This document shows positions 1 through 7,622 of a stretch of DNA of 10,526 nucleotides, piece by piece. The position numbers were made by a program, and so were the translations under genes. The stretch is taken from the NCBI GenBank assembly GCA_965662175.1, contig CBFIGT010000077.1, positions 1 through 10,526 of the forward strand, in the 5' to 3' direction. The first letter of the stretch is position 1. The number at the start of each line of letters is the position of its first letter. The stretch is from Arcobacter sp. (GTDB lineage Bacteria; Campylobacterota; Campylobacteria; Campylobacterales; Arcobacteraceae). Below the pieces are notes generated by a model, which was given only the letters and a program-made list of their open reading frames with translations, did no database searches and was not told the DNA's origin.

Positions 1-2
1 GA

Positions 3-302
3 GTTGGTCTTAAAAGAGGAAGAAGGGATCAATTTAACTTAAGAGTTGGAGATAGTTTAGACTTTTGGAAAGTTGTTGATGTACAAGAAAACAAAAGATT
101 ACTTCTATTTGCACAAATGAAACTACCAGGTACTGCTTGGCTTGAGTTTAAAGTTGATGATGAAAAACTAATACAATCAGCCTATTTTTATCCAAGGGGA
201 GTTTTTGGACGCTTATATTGGTATATTTTAATACCAATTCATCATTTTGTATTTACAAACATGATTAGAAGTATTATTAAAAAAGCTATAAAAGATGATT
301 AA
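3..302 (+). CDS. 3' end of a DUF2867-domain protein (YbjT-like SDR/NAD(P)-binding oxidoreductase family); 5' end lies outside the window
   Basis: The frame is open from position 3, well upstream of the track's Met at 117: [49 protein letters not shown]...[22 protein letters not shown]. The GDxLDFWKV, MKLPGxAWLEF and GxxYWY motifs are typical of DUF2867 C-termini. Stop TAA 300-302. Confidence 0.85.
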   Translation, partial: VGLKRGRRDQFNLRVGDSLDFWKVVDVQENKRLLLFAQMKLPGTAWLEFKVDDEKLIQSAYFYPRGVFGRLYWYILIPIHHFVFTNMIRSIIKKAIKDD

Positions 303-1594
303 CGCAAAGTTGCGTTATATTCATCTTTTCCAAAAAAGTTAGTTTTATTTGTATCCACAACCATTGAAGTTGCCATATCATCATTTTGATTTGCTATTTG
401 TATAGTCTCTTGAGCTTTAGAAGCGTTTTCTTGTGTTGCACTATCAATATTTGAAATAGCTCTATTAATTTGCTCTATTCCACTTTGTTGCTCTTTTAAA
501 GAGTTTGAAACAGTATTTATAAGAGATTTTGTTTTATTAATATTTTCATTTAAAATATCATAACCTTTTATCATCTCATTTGAAGCATTTTTACCACTAT
601 TTGTCTCTTTTGTTGCACTCTCAACCAAAGATTTTATTTCACGAGCAGCTTCAGCACTTCTTGAAGCTAGGTTTCTTACCTCTTGAGCAACTACAGCAAA
701 ACCTTTTCCAGCTTCTCCAGCTGTTGCTGCTTCAACTGCTGCGTTTAAGCTTAGAATATTTGTTTGAAATGCTATTTGGTCAATTACTACAATAGCCTCT
801 TCAATTGATTTTGTTTTTTCATTAATAGTTTCCATCAAACTAGCACTTATTTTTGCACTTGCATATCCATTTTCTATAGATTTAGTAAGCTCATTTGAGT
901 AGTTAATCATCTCATCAACATTTGTATTATTACTAATTACACTTGATGTAATCTCTTCAATAGCAGAAGCTGTCTCTTCTAAAGTAGCAGCTTGAGTTGT
1001 AAGATTTCTTGTAACTTGATTAATGTTATTTTTTAAATCATCAGAGTTAGCTTTTAGTTTTACACCATTTTTCAAACTACTTAAAAGCATTCTTGATATT
1101 TTTACATTTAATTTATTTGTACTTTCAATTAACTCTTTTAAATCATTATTTTTACTATTTTCAATAATTTGTGTGAAATCATTTTTTTGAAATTTTTGAA
1201 AAAATTCAAGAATAGTTTTAATTGTAAGCTCTATTGTTTCTAAAGTCTCATTTATATTTGAAGATAGCTGATTATATTTCTCATTTTGAGCTAAAGTTTT
1301 TACTCTATTTGAAAAGCTTCCATTTTTAGCTAAATTTGTAACACTAATAATCTCATCTAAAGTATTTTCATCATTAGAAGATGAAACATCACTACTCTCC
1401 TCTTCCTCTTCATAAGTAGATTTTTCATCATTAGAAGATGTTAAAATATAAATATATGATATTGAAATAATGATTATTAATATAATTGAATATATGATTG
1501 AATCTTTATTTAAATATGATAAATAAGTAATAAGCAAGATTGAAATAATTGAAAACAGGTATAAAGTGGTGATTTTATTTTTAAGTTTATTCAT
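299..1594 (-). CDS. Methyl-accepting chemotaxis protein (2 TM helices, acidic linker, HAMP-like region, MCP signalling domain)
   Basis: Canonical hairpin tip [51 protein letters not shown]; methylation helices [10 protein letters not shown] and [10 protein letters not shown]; two N-terminal hydrophobic segments; AAGGA RBS upstream. Confidence 0.95.
   Translation of the reverse strand: MNKLKNKITTLYLFSIISILLITYLSYLNKDSIIYSIILIIIISISYIYILTSSNDEKSTYEEEEESSDVSSSNDENTLDEIISVTNLAKNGSFSNRVKTLAQNEKYNQLSSNINETLETIELTIKTILEFFQKFQKNDFTQIIENSKNNDLKELIESTNKLNVKISRMLLSSLKNGVKLKANSDDLKNNINQVTRNLTTQAATLEETASAIEEITSSVISNNTNVDEMINYSNELTKSIENGYASAKISASLMETINEKTKSIEEAIVVIDQIAFQTNILSLNAAVEAATAGEAGKGFAVVAQEVRNLASRSAEAAREIKSLVESATKETNSGKNASNEMIKGYDILNENINKTKSLINTVSNSLKEQQSGIEQINRAISNIDSATQENASKAQETIQIANQNDDMATSMVVDTNKTNFFGKDEYNATLR
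1365..1440. repeat. 19-bp exact direct repeat (ttttcatcattagaagatg) at 1365-1383 and 1422-1440, inside the MCP gene
   Basis: Read directly from the sequence. The period is 57 nt (19 codons) and it encodes SSNDE twice. Confidence 0.85.
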
Positions 1595-1612
1595 AAGTCT
1601 ATTCCTTTTATA

Positions 1613-1647
1613 AAGTTATTAATTGTATTGATTTTATTTAATAACTT
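1613..1647. promoter_or_regulatory. 10-bp inverted repeat (aagttattaa-N15-ttaataactt) bracketing a possible minus-strand -10 box (TACAAT, 1622-1627) upstream of the MCP gene
   Basis: The inverted repeat is seen directly. An operator or promoter role is inferred from position only. Confidence 0.4.
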
Positions 1648-1652
1648 AACTT

Positions 1653-1679
1653 AAAAAAGGAAGATTAAACTTCCTTTTT
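1653..1679 (-). terminator. Intrinsic terminator just downstream of the 1681..2199 gene
   Basis: Arms aaaaaggaag (1654-1663) and cttccttttt (1670-1679) with a 6-nt loop. The minus strand reads AAGGAAG-tttaat-CTTCC-TTTTTT, directly after the TAA. Confidence 0.8.
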
Positions 1680-1680
1680 A

Positions 1681-2199
1681 TTAATATTTTCCTAAAACTA
1701 ACTCTTTAGAATATAAAACTTTTCCAGCTTCATCAACTAAATCAATATCAACTGTATAAGTATTTTTTTTACCACCTGAACATGGTGCTAAATATGCTCC
1801 TGGTTTTTTGTTAAATCTAGTTCCTGTATGAGCTTTAACAACTTCGAAACCCTCTTCAAGTTCAAAAGTTTCTCCAACTTGTGGAGGAATCTCTACACTT
1901 ACACTTCCATCTTGAATTTCATAAGATAAAACTCCATGTCCACCATTGTCCATTTTTGTAAATGTTTTATCATTAAATTTTAAAATAACTTTTCTAGCAT
2001 TTTCAGGTAAATTATCTATATATAATCCTGGAGTGCTTCCAGCTTCCATATTAAAATCACTACACACTTCGTCTTCAGGTATATATTTTCCATTCCATTT
2101 TTCATCTGCAAATGACACTTCCACATCACTAGCTATTAAATTTGTTGTTAATATAATTGAAGCAACAATTCCGCTTACAAAATACGATATTCTTTTCAT
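1681..2199 (-). CDS. Secreted/periplasmic protein, probably PEBP-like (YbhB/YbcL-related)
   Basis: Signal peptide MKRISYFVSGIVASIILTTNLIA-S. The W-x-G-x-x-IP...C, TP-x-L-x-I-x-x-LP, F-x-D...GGHG and Y-L-A-P-C-S-G-G...Y motifs resemble the PEBP-fold family. AAGGAG RBS at 2205-2210. Confidence 0.6.
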   Translation of the reverse strand: MKRISYFVSGIVASIILTTNLIASDVEVSFADEKWNGKYIPEDEVCSDFNMEAGSTPGLYIDNLPENARKVILKFNDKTFTKMDNGGHGVLSYEIQDGSVSVEIPPQVGETFELEEGFEVVKAHTGTRFNKKPGAYLAPCSGGKKNTYTVDIDLVDEAGKVLYSKELVLGKY

Positions 2200-2226
2200 T
2201 GAAACTCCTTAAAAATTTGGTTTGAA

Positions 2227-2235
2227 ATTATATCA
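2227..2235 (-). promoter_or_regulatory. Extended -10 sigma70 promoter (TGaTATAAT) for the 1681..2199 gene
   Basis: Perfect TGnTATAAT on the minus strand, 27 nt upstream of the start codon. Confidence 0.7.
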
Positions 2236-2299
2236 CATATTTTTTTTTAGTTAGCATATTGTATTATAAATTTTTTTAATAAATTTCAAAAGGTAAATA

Positions 2300-2734
2300 A
2301 TGAATTATACAATTACAGAAGCTAACTTTGGACAACGCCCAAATGTAGCACTTCCTGCCCCTGAAATACTTGCTGTTTTAGGTGAAGATGGCATGAGAAA
2401 AATGATTTCAGATCATTATGATTTTTTAGTAAAATCAAACATAAAAGGACTATTTCCACCAACAGCTCAAGGTTTAGAAATGGCAAAAAAACATGCAGCT
2501 GATTTTTTTATACAAATATGTGGAGGACCAAGATATTTTGATCACTCAAGAGGAGCACCAAGAATGGTAGCTAGACATATGCCTTTTAAAATAACAGAGA
2601 GTGGAAGAGTTGTTTGGTTAGAAACATTTGCACAAGCTATTGAAGAGACAAACTTAGATGAAAGATTAAAAGAGTCATTTTGGAACTATATAGATATTTT
2701 TTCTATTTGGATGATTAATACTAGGGAAGTTTAA
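2300..2734 (+). CDS. Truncated (2/2) hemoglobin, group II (trHbO/GlbO-like)
   Basis: LGEDG, LFP, FFIQICGGPRYF, RGAPRMVARHMPFKI (proximal His F8) and a G8 Trp in RVVWLETF are typical of group II truncated globins. AAGGT RBS. Confidence 0.9.
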   Translation: MNYTITEANFGQRPNVALPAPEILAVLGEDGMRKMISDHYDFLVKSNIKGLFPPTAQGLEMAKKHAADFFIQICGGPRYFDHSRGAPRMVARHMPFKITESGRVVWLETFAQAIEETNLDERLKESFWNYIDIFSIWMINTREV

Positions 2735-2751
2735 ATAATAATTTAAACTTC

Positions 2752-4029
2752 TTATTTCCCAATAGCCATAGCATATAAAACCATAGCGTTTTTTCCTATG
2801 AATTCACATACCTCATCATCATAATATGCACCTATTCCACTACATCCATATCCTAAATAGTTTGATGCTAGATATAATCTATGTCCTATGATTCCGGCTT
2901 TTTGGTAAGCTGCTTGGTAGTTTTTTGAGTTTGTTGTTAGAAAAAAAGTAACTGCACTACTTTTTCCTAGGTCTTGTTCTAAACATAAGTATCCGGCTTT
3001 TTGTTGTAAATCACCCTCTTTTATCATTTTATCATCTTTATAAAGACCTAAAATCATATCTTTTACTCTATTTACAACATAATATATTTCAACTTCTTCA
3101 TCCATATCTGATTTAATACTTTGAGTGATATTTTTCATTATCATTTCAAACTCTATTTTAGACATGCTTCCTTTGCTAAACTCTCTAATTGAACGTCTAT
3201 TTAAAATAGTTTCTTGAAATACCTCTTTGTTATAATTAAAACTTGCACTCTCTTGATTCTCTTTTTTGTTTGTTATAGTTAAAGACTCTTTATAGGCTTT
3301 TTCTATTAGTTGATTTTCTATAAACTCACCTGTTGGATTTACATAAGTTAAGTTCATATTTACTTTTTTTACATCTTTATTTGTATTTAGATTTATTAAA
3401 AAAGCTGCTGTAAAAAACTCATCACTTTTAAAAGCAAAGAGTTGATTTAAACTCTCTTTTTCAAAATCATATCTAATCTCATAAAACTTTGAAAAACAGT
3501 AAGAAGAGGCTTCAAGAGTACCTAATATATGTCCAGCATCCAACAAACAATATCTAAACGCTCTATTTTTATACTTCCAAGATGAACGATAATATACAGA
3601 TGAAACTAAAAATATAAAGCCATTTTGTTTTGTTTCAAAACCAAAATATGATTCTATTCCCTCATCACTTATCTCTTGCAATAACTCAATAGAGTTAGAA
3701 GCACTATCATAATGATATATTCCATCCTCTATATCACTGTTGTTTCTACTTTGAAAATATAATTCATTTGGATAAAGTGCACCTGCACTTGGATTTATTC
3801 TAAGATAATATTCCACACCTGGATAGCTTTTTTTTGCTGTTATTCCAGCACTTTGATATATAAATCTATGGTTTTCTTTTGTAGTGTCTAGTTTTATTTT
3901 CTTAAAACTATTGGAATAAGGTTTAAATTTACTAGGTGGGTTATCCCAATCAATACGATTGGGATTTGACCTAACTGAATAGTAGGAGTGTTTTGTATTA
4001 CTATGATATTCAAAAAACTCACTAAACAA
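2752..4029 (-). CDS. SagB/ThcOx-family FMN-dependent dehydrogenase (tandem nitroreductase-like domains)
   Basis: YHxxTKH, LRINPSAGALYPNELY, GIYHYD, SSWKYKNRAFRYCLLDAGH, then a second domain with ILNRRSIREF, AGIIGHRLYLAS and GCSGIGAYYDDEV. TTG start with AAGGA RBS. Confidence 0.9.
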   Translation of the reverse strand: MFSEFFEYHSNTKHSYYSVRSNPNRIDWDNPPSKFKPYSNSFKKIKLDTTKENHRFIYQSAGITAKKSYPGVEYYLRINPSAGALYPNELYFQSRNNSDIEDGIYHYDSASNSIELLQEISDEGIESYFGFETKQNGFIFLVSSVYYRSSWKYKNRAFRYCLLDAGHILGTLEASSYCFSKFYEIRYDFEKESLNQLFAFKSDEFFTAAFLINLNTNKDVKKVNMNLTYVNPTGEFIENQLIEKAYKESLTITNKKENQESASFNYNKEVFQETILNRRSIREFSKGSMSKIEFEMIMKNITQSIKSDMDEEVEIYYVVNRVKDMILGLYKDDKMIKEGDLQQKAGYLCLEQDLGKSSAVTFFLTTNSKNYQAAYQKAGIIGHRLYLASNYLGYGCSGIGAYYDDEVCEFIGKNAMVLYAMAIGK

Positions 4030-4030
4030 T

Positions 4031-4246
4031 CTATTTTCCTTTTGCTGTATTTATTCCTGGTTTTTCAGCTGTTCCAACATAATCATCAACACTATCAAAA
4101 TTAAACTTAATAAAAGAGTATAAAGCTCCAAAAATAATAAGACCTATTATAACCAATCTTACTGTATTTCTTTTTTCACTAGACTCTTTTCCATTAAAGT
4201 CATCAATTTTCTCTAAACTTGGTTCGTCATTATAATTACTTTTCAT
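4031..4246 (-). CDS. Small single-pass membrane protein, hypothetical
   Basis: 71 aa with one TM segment (VRLVIIGLIIFGALYSFI), AAAGGA RBS and a promoter-like motif upstream. Its stop is 1 nt from the SagB-like start. Confidence 0.75.
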   Translation of the reverse strand: MKSNYNDEPSLEKIDDFNGKESSEKRNTVRLVIIGLIIFGALYSFIKFNFDSVDDYVGTAEKPGINTAKGK

Positions 4247-4271
4247 AATATTTCCTTTAGGATTTTAAGAA

Positions 4272-4280
4272 ACTATAGCA
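4272..4280 (-). promoter_or_regulatory. Extended -10 promoter (TGcTATAGT) for the small-protein/SagB-like pair
   Basis: TGnTATAgT, 25 nt upstream of the ATG at 4246. Confidence 0.55.
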
Positions 4281-4312
4281 TAGAAATATTAACCATTTAT
4301 AATAACTTCAAC

Positions 4313-6673
4313 TTATAATAGTGAAACCATCATTTGATTAACAGTCACGGCTATCTCTTTAATATCTTTATTCTCTCTTGTCATAAATGTATCTAAATTC
4401 TCTCTAACTTTATAAAAAGTTTCGCTTTCATTATTTACAAAGTTTGTAAATGCATCTTCTGGTTTTTCATTTACTCTTTTGAAGTTTAAAACTTTTTTAG
4501 TGTAATGTACCACAATAAACTCAATGAATTGTAGTACTTGATTTCTTAAAACCATATCATTTTTAGATGTTATTTCAACTCTATTTAATGCAACAATTAT
4601 TTCTAATATATTAAATTCATGGATTAATGAATAAAATAATACAACTACATCATTAAAACTATGATTTGTACTCTCTTTTATCACAATAGCAGGTACTGCA
4701 AATCTTAAGTAATCAATAACACTAAAGAAAAGATTAAACTCATCATCTCCCTCAATCAAAACTTCAACTTTTTGATTATGAACTTGAGCTAATAATGAAA
4801 ATAGCTCTTTTTTATGGTCTAAAATATGAGCTGCATCTAGTTGATTATTTTTAAGATATTTAACCATCCATCTTGTACTTGTGTATAAAATGTACTCTAA
4901 TTTATTTATAAGTTTATACTGTGTTTCCACATCCATAATATAATCTTGTTCATAAATTTTTTCTCTCATCTCTTTTGCACCAAATAGTTGTTTTGCTACT
5001 AAATAAGATTTGATTTTTAATAAAAATCTATCCATTCCTAGCTTTTCAAAATCACTTACAAAAGTACAACCTTGGCTGTTTATTATTATATCAGCCATTT
5101 TTGTTGCTATGATTTCTCTTTTTAATGGATGATGTAAAAGTTCATGTTCATATGCACCTACAAATGATTTTGGGAAATATCTATATAAGAATTGAACTGC
5201 AAACTGCTCATCAATTAGTGTTGATTCTAATAATATTTTTTTAATAAATATTTTTGAATAAGATAATAAAGAGCATAATACAGGTCTTACTATTGAGCCA
5301 TTTATATCTATGATATCATTTATATTTTCATTTTTAGGAATATAAAATGCTGCTCTATTAAATGCTGGTATATTATTATCTAATATCTCTATTACTTTTA
5401 TAAAATCATTTAGATATTTTTTTGAAAATCTTTCATCCATTGAAATAACATTTGCTTGATTATAATTGCTTTTTAAAACTAAATTAACAACTTGGTCTGT
5501 AAGAGAAAAAAGTATTTTTTGTTTATCCTCATATGATAAATTCTCTTTTGCACCAATTATATTTAATAAAATTTTTAAATTAACTTCATGGTCAGAGGTA
5601 TCAACTCCTCCTGCATTATCAATTCCATCTATGTTGATTCTTCCTCCACCTAAAGCATACTCTATTCTAGCTTTTTGAGTAAATCCTAGGTTTCCACCCT
5701 CACATACGATTCTTGCTTTTATATTATTTGCATCAACTCTAACAGCTTCATTTTGTTTATCACCTATATCAATAGAGTTTTCATCACTAGCTTTTACATA
5801 AGTTCCAACTCCACCATTAAATAGCATATCTACATTCATAGTAAGAAGCATAATACATAACTCTTCACCACTTACTACTTTTTTTGTAGTTCCAACTAGT
5901 TTTTTGATTTCAGGAGTTAAGGTAATCTCTTTTTCACTTCTTAAAAATATTCCTCCACCTTTAGAGATAATATCTTTGTTATAATTACTCCAGCCACCAT
6001 TTTTAGACTCAAATAATCTTTTTCTTTCAATAAAACTAGCTTCAACATCAGGATTAGGATCTACAAAAATCTCTTTATGGCTAATTGCACCTAGAAGCTT
6101 GAACTTTTCAGATTCAATCATACCATTTCCAAATACATCCCCACTCATAGAACCAATACCCATAACAGTAATACTGTCTTTGTACATATCAATTCCCTCT
6201 TCGATTAAAAATCTTTGAGTTGAAACTAAAGCTCCACGTGCAGTGATTCCTAAATCTTTATGTCCATATCCATTTGAACCACCACTTGCAAAGGCGTCAC
6301 CTAGCCAATAGTTTCTGCTAATTGCAATCTCATTTGCAACATCACTCATGGCAGCTGTTCCCTTATCAGCAGCAACTACAAAATATGCATCATCACCATC
6401 ATAAGCTACCACATTCTCTTGTTTTACTACTTTCCCATCAATCATATTATCTACTAAATCAAGATTTGAGTTGATATATAGTGAATAAATCTCTTTAAAA
6501 TACTCTTTTGTAACTTCACTTATATCTTTGTTGATTACAAATCCACCCTTTGAACCATCAGGAATAATAATAGAGTTTTTTCCCTCTTGGGTAATCATAA
6601 GTGATTTTACCTCTTGTCTATAATCATCATGTCTATCACTCCATCTTAATCCACCCCTTGAGATATTACTCAT
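4313..6673 (-). CDS. gdhB: C-terminal fragment (786 aa; catalytic, NAD-binding and C-terminal domains) of NAD-glutamate dehydrogenase
   Basis: Holds all the catalytic and NAD-binding motifs. The Met at 6673 is an internal Met, five codons after the TGA, with no clear RBS. Confidence 0.7.
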   Translation of the reverse strand: MSNISRGGLRWSDRHDDYRQEVKSLMITQEGKNSIIIPDGSKGGFVINKDISEVTKEYFKEIYSLYINSNLDLVDNMIDGKVVKQENVVAYDGDDAYFVVAADKGTAAMSDVANEIAISRNYWLGDAFASGGSNGYGHKDLGITARGALVSTQRFLIEEGIDMYKDSITVMGIGSMSGDVFGNGMIESEKFKLLGAISHKEIFVDPNPDVEASFIERKRLFESKNGGWSNYNKDIISKGGGIFLRSEKEITLTPEIKKLVGTTKKVVSGEELCIMLLTMNVDMLFNGGVGTYVKASDENSIDIGDKQNEAVRVDANNIKARIVCEGGNLGFTQKARIEYALGGGRINIDGIDNAGGVDTSDHEVNLKILLNIIGAKENLSYEDKQKILFSLTDQVVNLVLKSNYNQANVISMDERFSKKYLNDFIKVIEILDNNIPAFNRAAFYIPKNENINDIIDINGSIVRPVLCSLLSYSKIFIKKILLESTLIDEQFAVQFLYRYFPKSFVGAYEHELLHHPLKREIIATKMADIIINSQGCTFVSDFEKLGMDRFLLKIKSYLVAKQLFGAKEMREKIYEQDYIMDVETQYKLINKLEYILYTSTRWMVKYLKNNQLDAAHILDHKKELFSLLAQVHNQKVEVLIEGDDEFNLFFSVIDYLRFAVPAIVIKESTNHSFNDVVVLFYSLIHEFNILEIIVALNRVEITSKNDMVLRNQVLQFIEFIVVHYTKKVLNFKRVNEKPEDAFTNFVNNESETFYKVRENLDTFMTRENKDIKEIAVTVNQMMVSLL

Positions 6674-6685
6674 ACGTAAATGTAC

Positions 6686-7507
6686 TCAATAAAAGCTATC
6701 ATGATAAATAAAGTTTTCTAAATTTGGTTGTAAACCTTTTAAGTTCTTTCCAAACTCTAAACTGTTGATTTTAAAAGCTACACTCTCTTTATCCATAAAG
6801 TAGTTTGTTCTTAATAAACAATCAAGTAAGCTAAGAGTTAATTTTAAAATTCTATCATCAATAATTTGTGGTATTGTTTTTATTTTCTCTTCAATTTCAG
6901 TTTTTATACTCTCCATCAACTCTTTTCTTTTTTTTAGTGATGGGTCAAATTTTGCGTAAAAATAATCCACAAAAAGTTTGGTAATAGAGTGATGTAAAGT
7001 ATAGGTATTTAATATTGTCACTGAGTTTATTGTTAAAACAGCTTGGTCTAAATACTCAATAAATGACCTTACAAGCTTTATTTTTTTTTGATTAAAATTT
7101 TGATTTAAAACAAGTGAAAATACTTTTGAACTATTAAATGATAAATCTTTTATAGACATGGTAATAATATTTTCAAGATTCTCTTTTGCATCTTTAATTT
7201 TTTCTAAAAAATCATCTTTTAATATTCTTAAATTAAATCTTGATACATAAATCATATCTTTTCCATTTTGAATATTATATGTAACTTCATCAATAATCAA
7301 AAATCCAATATCATGTAAAATAGGTGTTACAGAAGAGAGATATAATTGATATGTAGAATAAATTTTAATATTTGTGGTATTTCCCTTTTCAACAATTTGA
7401 GTAACTACTGATTGTGTTTGAACTTGTTTGAAAAGTTCATCAGAGATTGTTAAGTCCTCTGGTCTTAATAGCTGCGAACATACAGCATTCATATCAGATG
7501 TAGTCAT
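6686..7507 (-). CDS. gdhB: N-terminal fragment (273 aa) of NAD-glutamate dehydrogenase, ending at the premature TGA
   Basis: LSSVTPILHDIGFLIIDE (ACT-like), FYAKFDP, IDDRIL and LLRTNYF match the large-GDH N-terminal region. Confidence 0.7.
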   Translation of the reverse strand: MTTSDMNAVCSQLLRPEDLTISDELFKQVQTQSVVTQIVEKGNTTNIKIYSTYQLYLSSVTPILHDIGFLIIDEVTYNIQNGKDMIYVSRFNLRILKDDFLEKIKDAKENLENIITMSIKDLSFNSSKVFSLVLNQNFNQKKIKLVRSFIEYLDQAVLTINSVTILNTYTLHHSITKLFVDYFYAKFDPSLKKRKELMESIKTEIEEKIKTIPQIIDDRILKLTLSLLDCLLRTNYFMDKESVAFKINSLEFGKNLKGLQPNLENFIYHDSFY

Positions 7508-7622
7508 AAATAATCCTTTTTAAGTTTATAAAATTATTATCTTCCATAAAGCTTTATAAAGCACTTAAAGAATTAGAATTATTTTTTATTTAATACTAAT
7601 TGAATAAAAGAGATACGAAAAG

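Larger units (their letters stand above)
4313..7507 (-). pseudogene. gdhB: Large-type NAD-specific glutamate dehydrogenase (Bac_GDH/GdhB family), 1064 codons, interrupted by one in-frame TGA at 6686-6688
   Basis: The two track ORFs are in the same frame: ...ENFIYHDSFY-TGA-VHLRMSNISRGGLRWSDR..., against the family motif GVHLRxxxxxRGGLRWSDR. Downstream motifs are intact: GSKGGFV, YFVVAADKGTAAMSDVAN, WLGDAFASGGSNGY, GIGSMSGDVFGNGM, NGGVGTYVK, EGGNLGFTQ, NAGGVDTSDHEVNLKI. AAGGA RBS before 7507. The product call is secure; pseudogene status is not, since a base error or readthrough is possible. Confidence 0.85.

Noticed and set aside
299..302. 4-bp overlap (TTAA) of convergent stop codons
   Set aside because: Common in compact AT-rich genomes.
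580..795. 71-aa plus-strand ORF
   Set aside because: Antisense shadow of the highly conserved MCP signalling domain, with no independent support.
1946..2212. 88-aa plus-strand ORF
   Set aside because: Antisense to the secreted-protein gene, which has the RBS, promoter and terminator.
2221..2237. Crp/Fnr-type site (TTTGA...TCACA) upstream of the globin
   Set aside because: The spacer is 7 nt rather than 6, and the sequence is better explained as the minus-strand TGnTATAAT promoter. No NssR-type TTAAC-N4-GTTAA box was seen.
2240..2248. Poly-T tract as a phase-variation site
   Set aside because: A/T runs of 7-9 nt are frequent at this composition, and no poly-G/C contingency tracts occur in the window.
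4031..4246. Small ORF as an azole RiPP precursor for the SagB-like enzyme
   Set aside because: It has no Cys and no Ser/Thr-rich core, it has a TM helix, and there is no YcaO or transporter nearby.
5466..5678. 70-aa plus-strand ORF
   Set aside because: Antisense shadow inside the GDH catalytic region.
6640..6688. Selenocysteine reading of the GDH TGA
   Set aside because: The aligned residue is Gly, not Cys, and only a weak 4-bp stem (TGAG...CTCA) follows, not a convincing bacterial SECIS.
6673..6700. Programmed frameshift joining the GDH halves
   Set aside because: The halves are already in the same frame (12 nt between the stop and the Met) and there is no slippery site.
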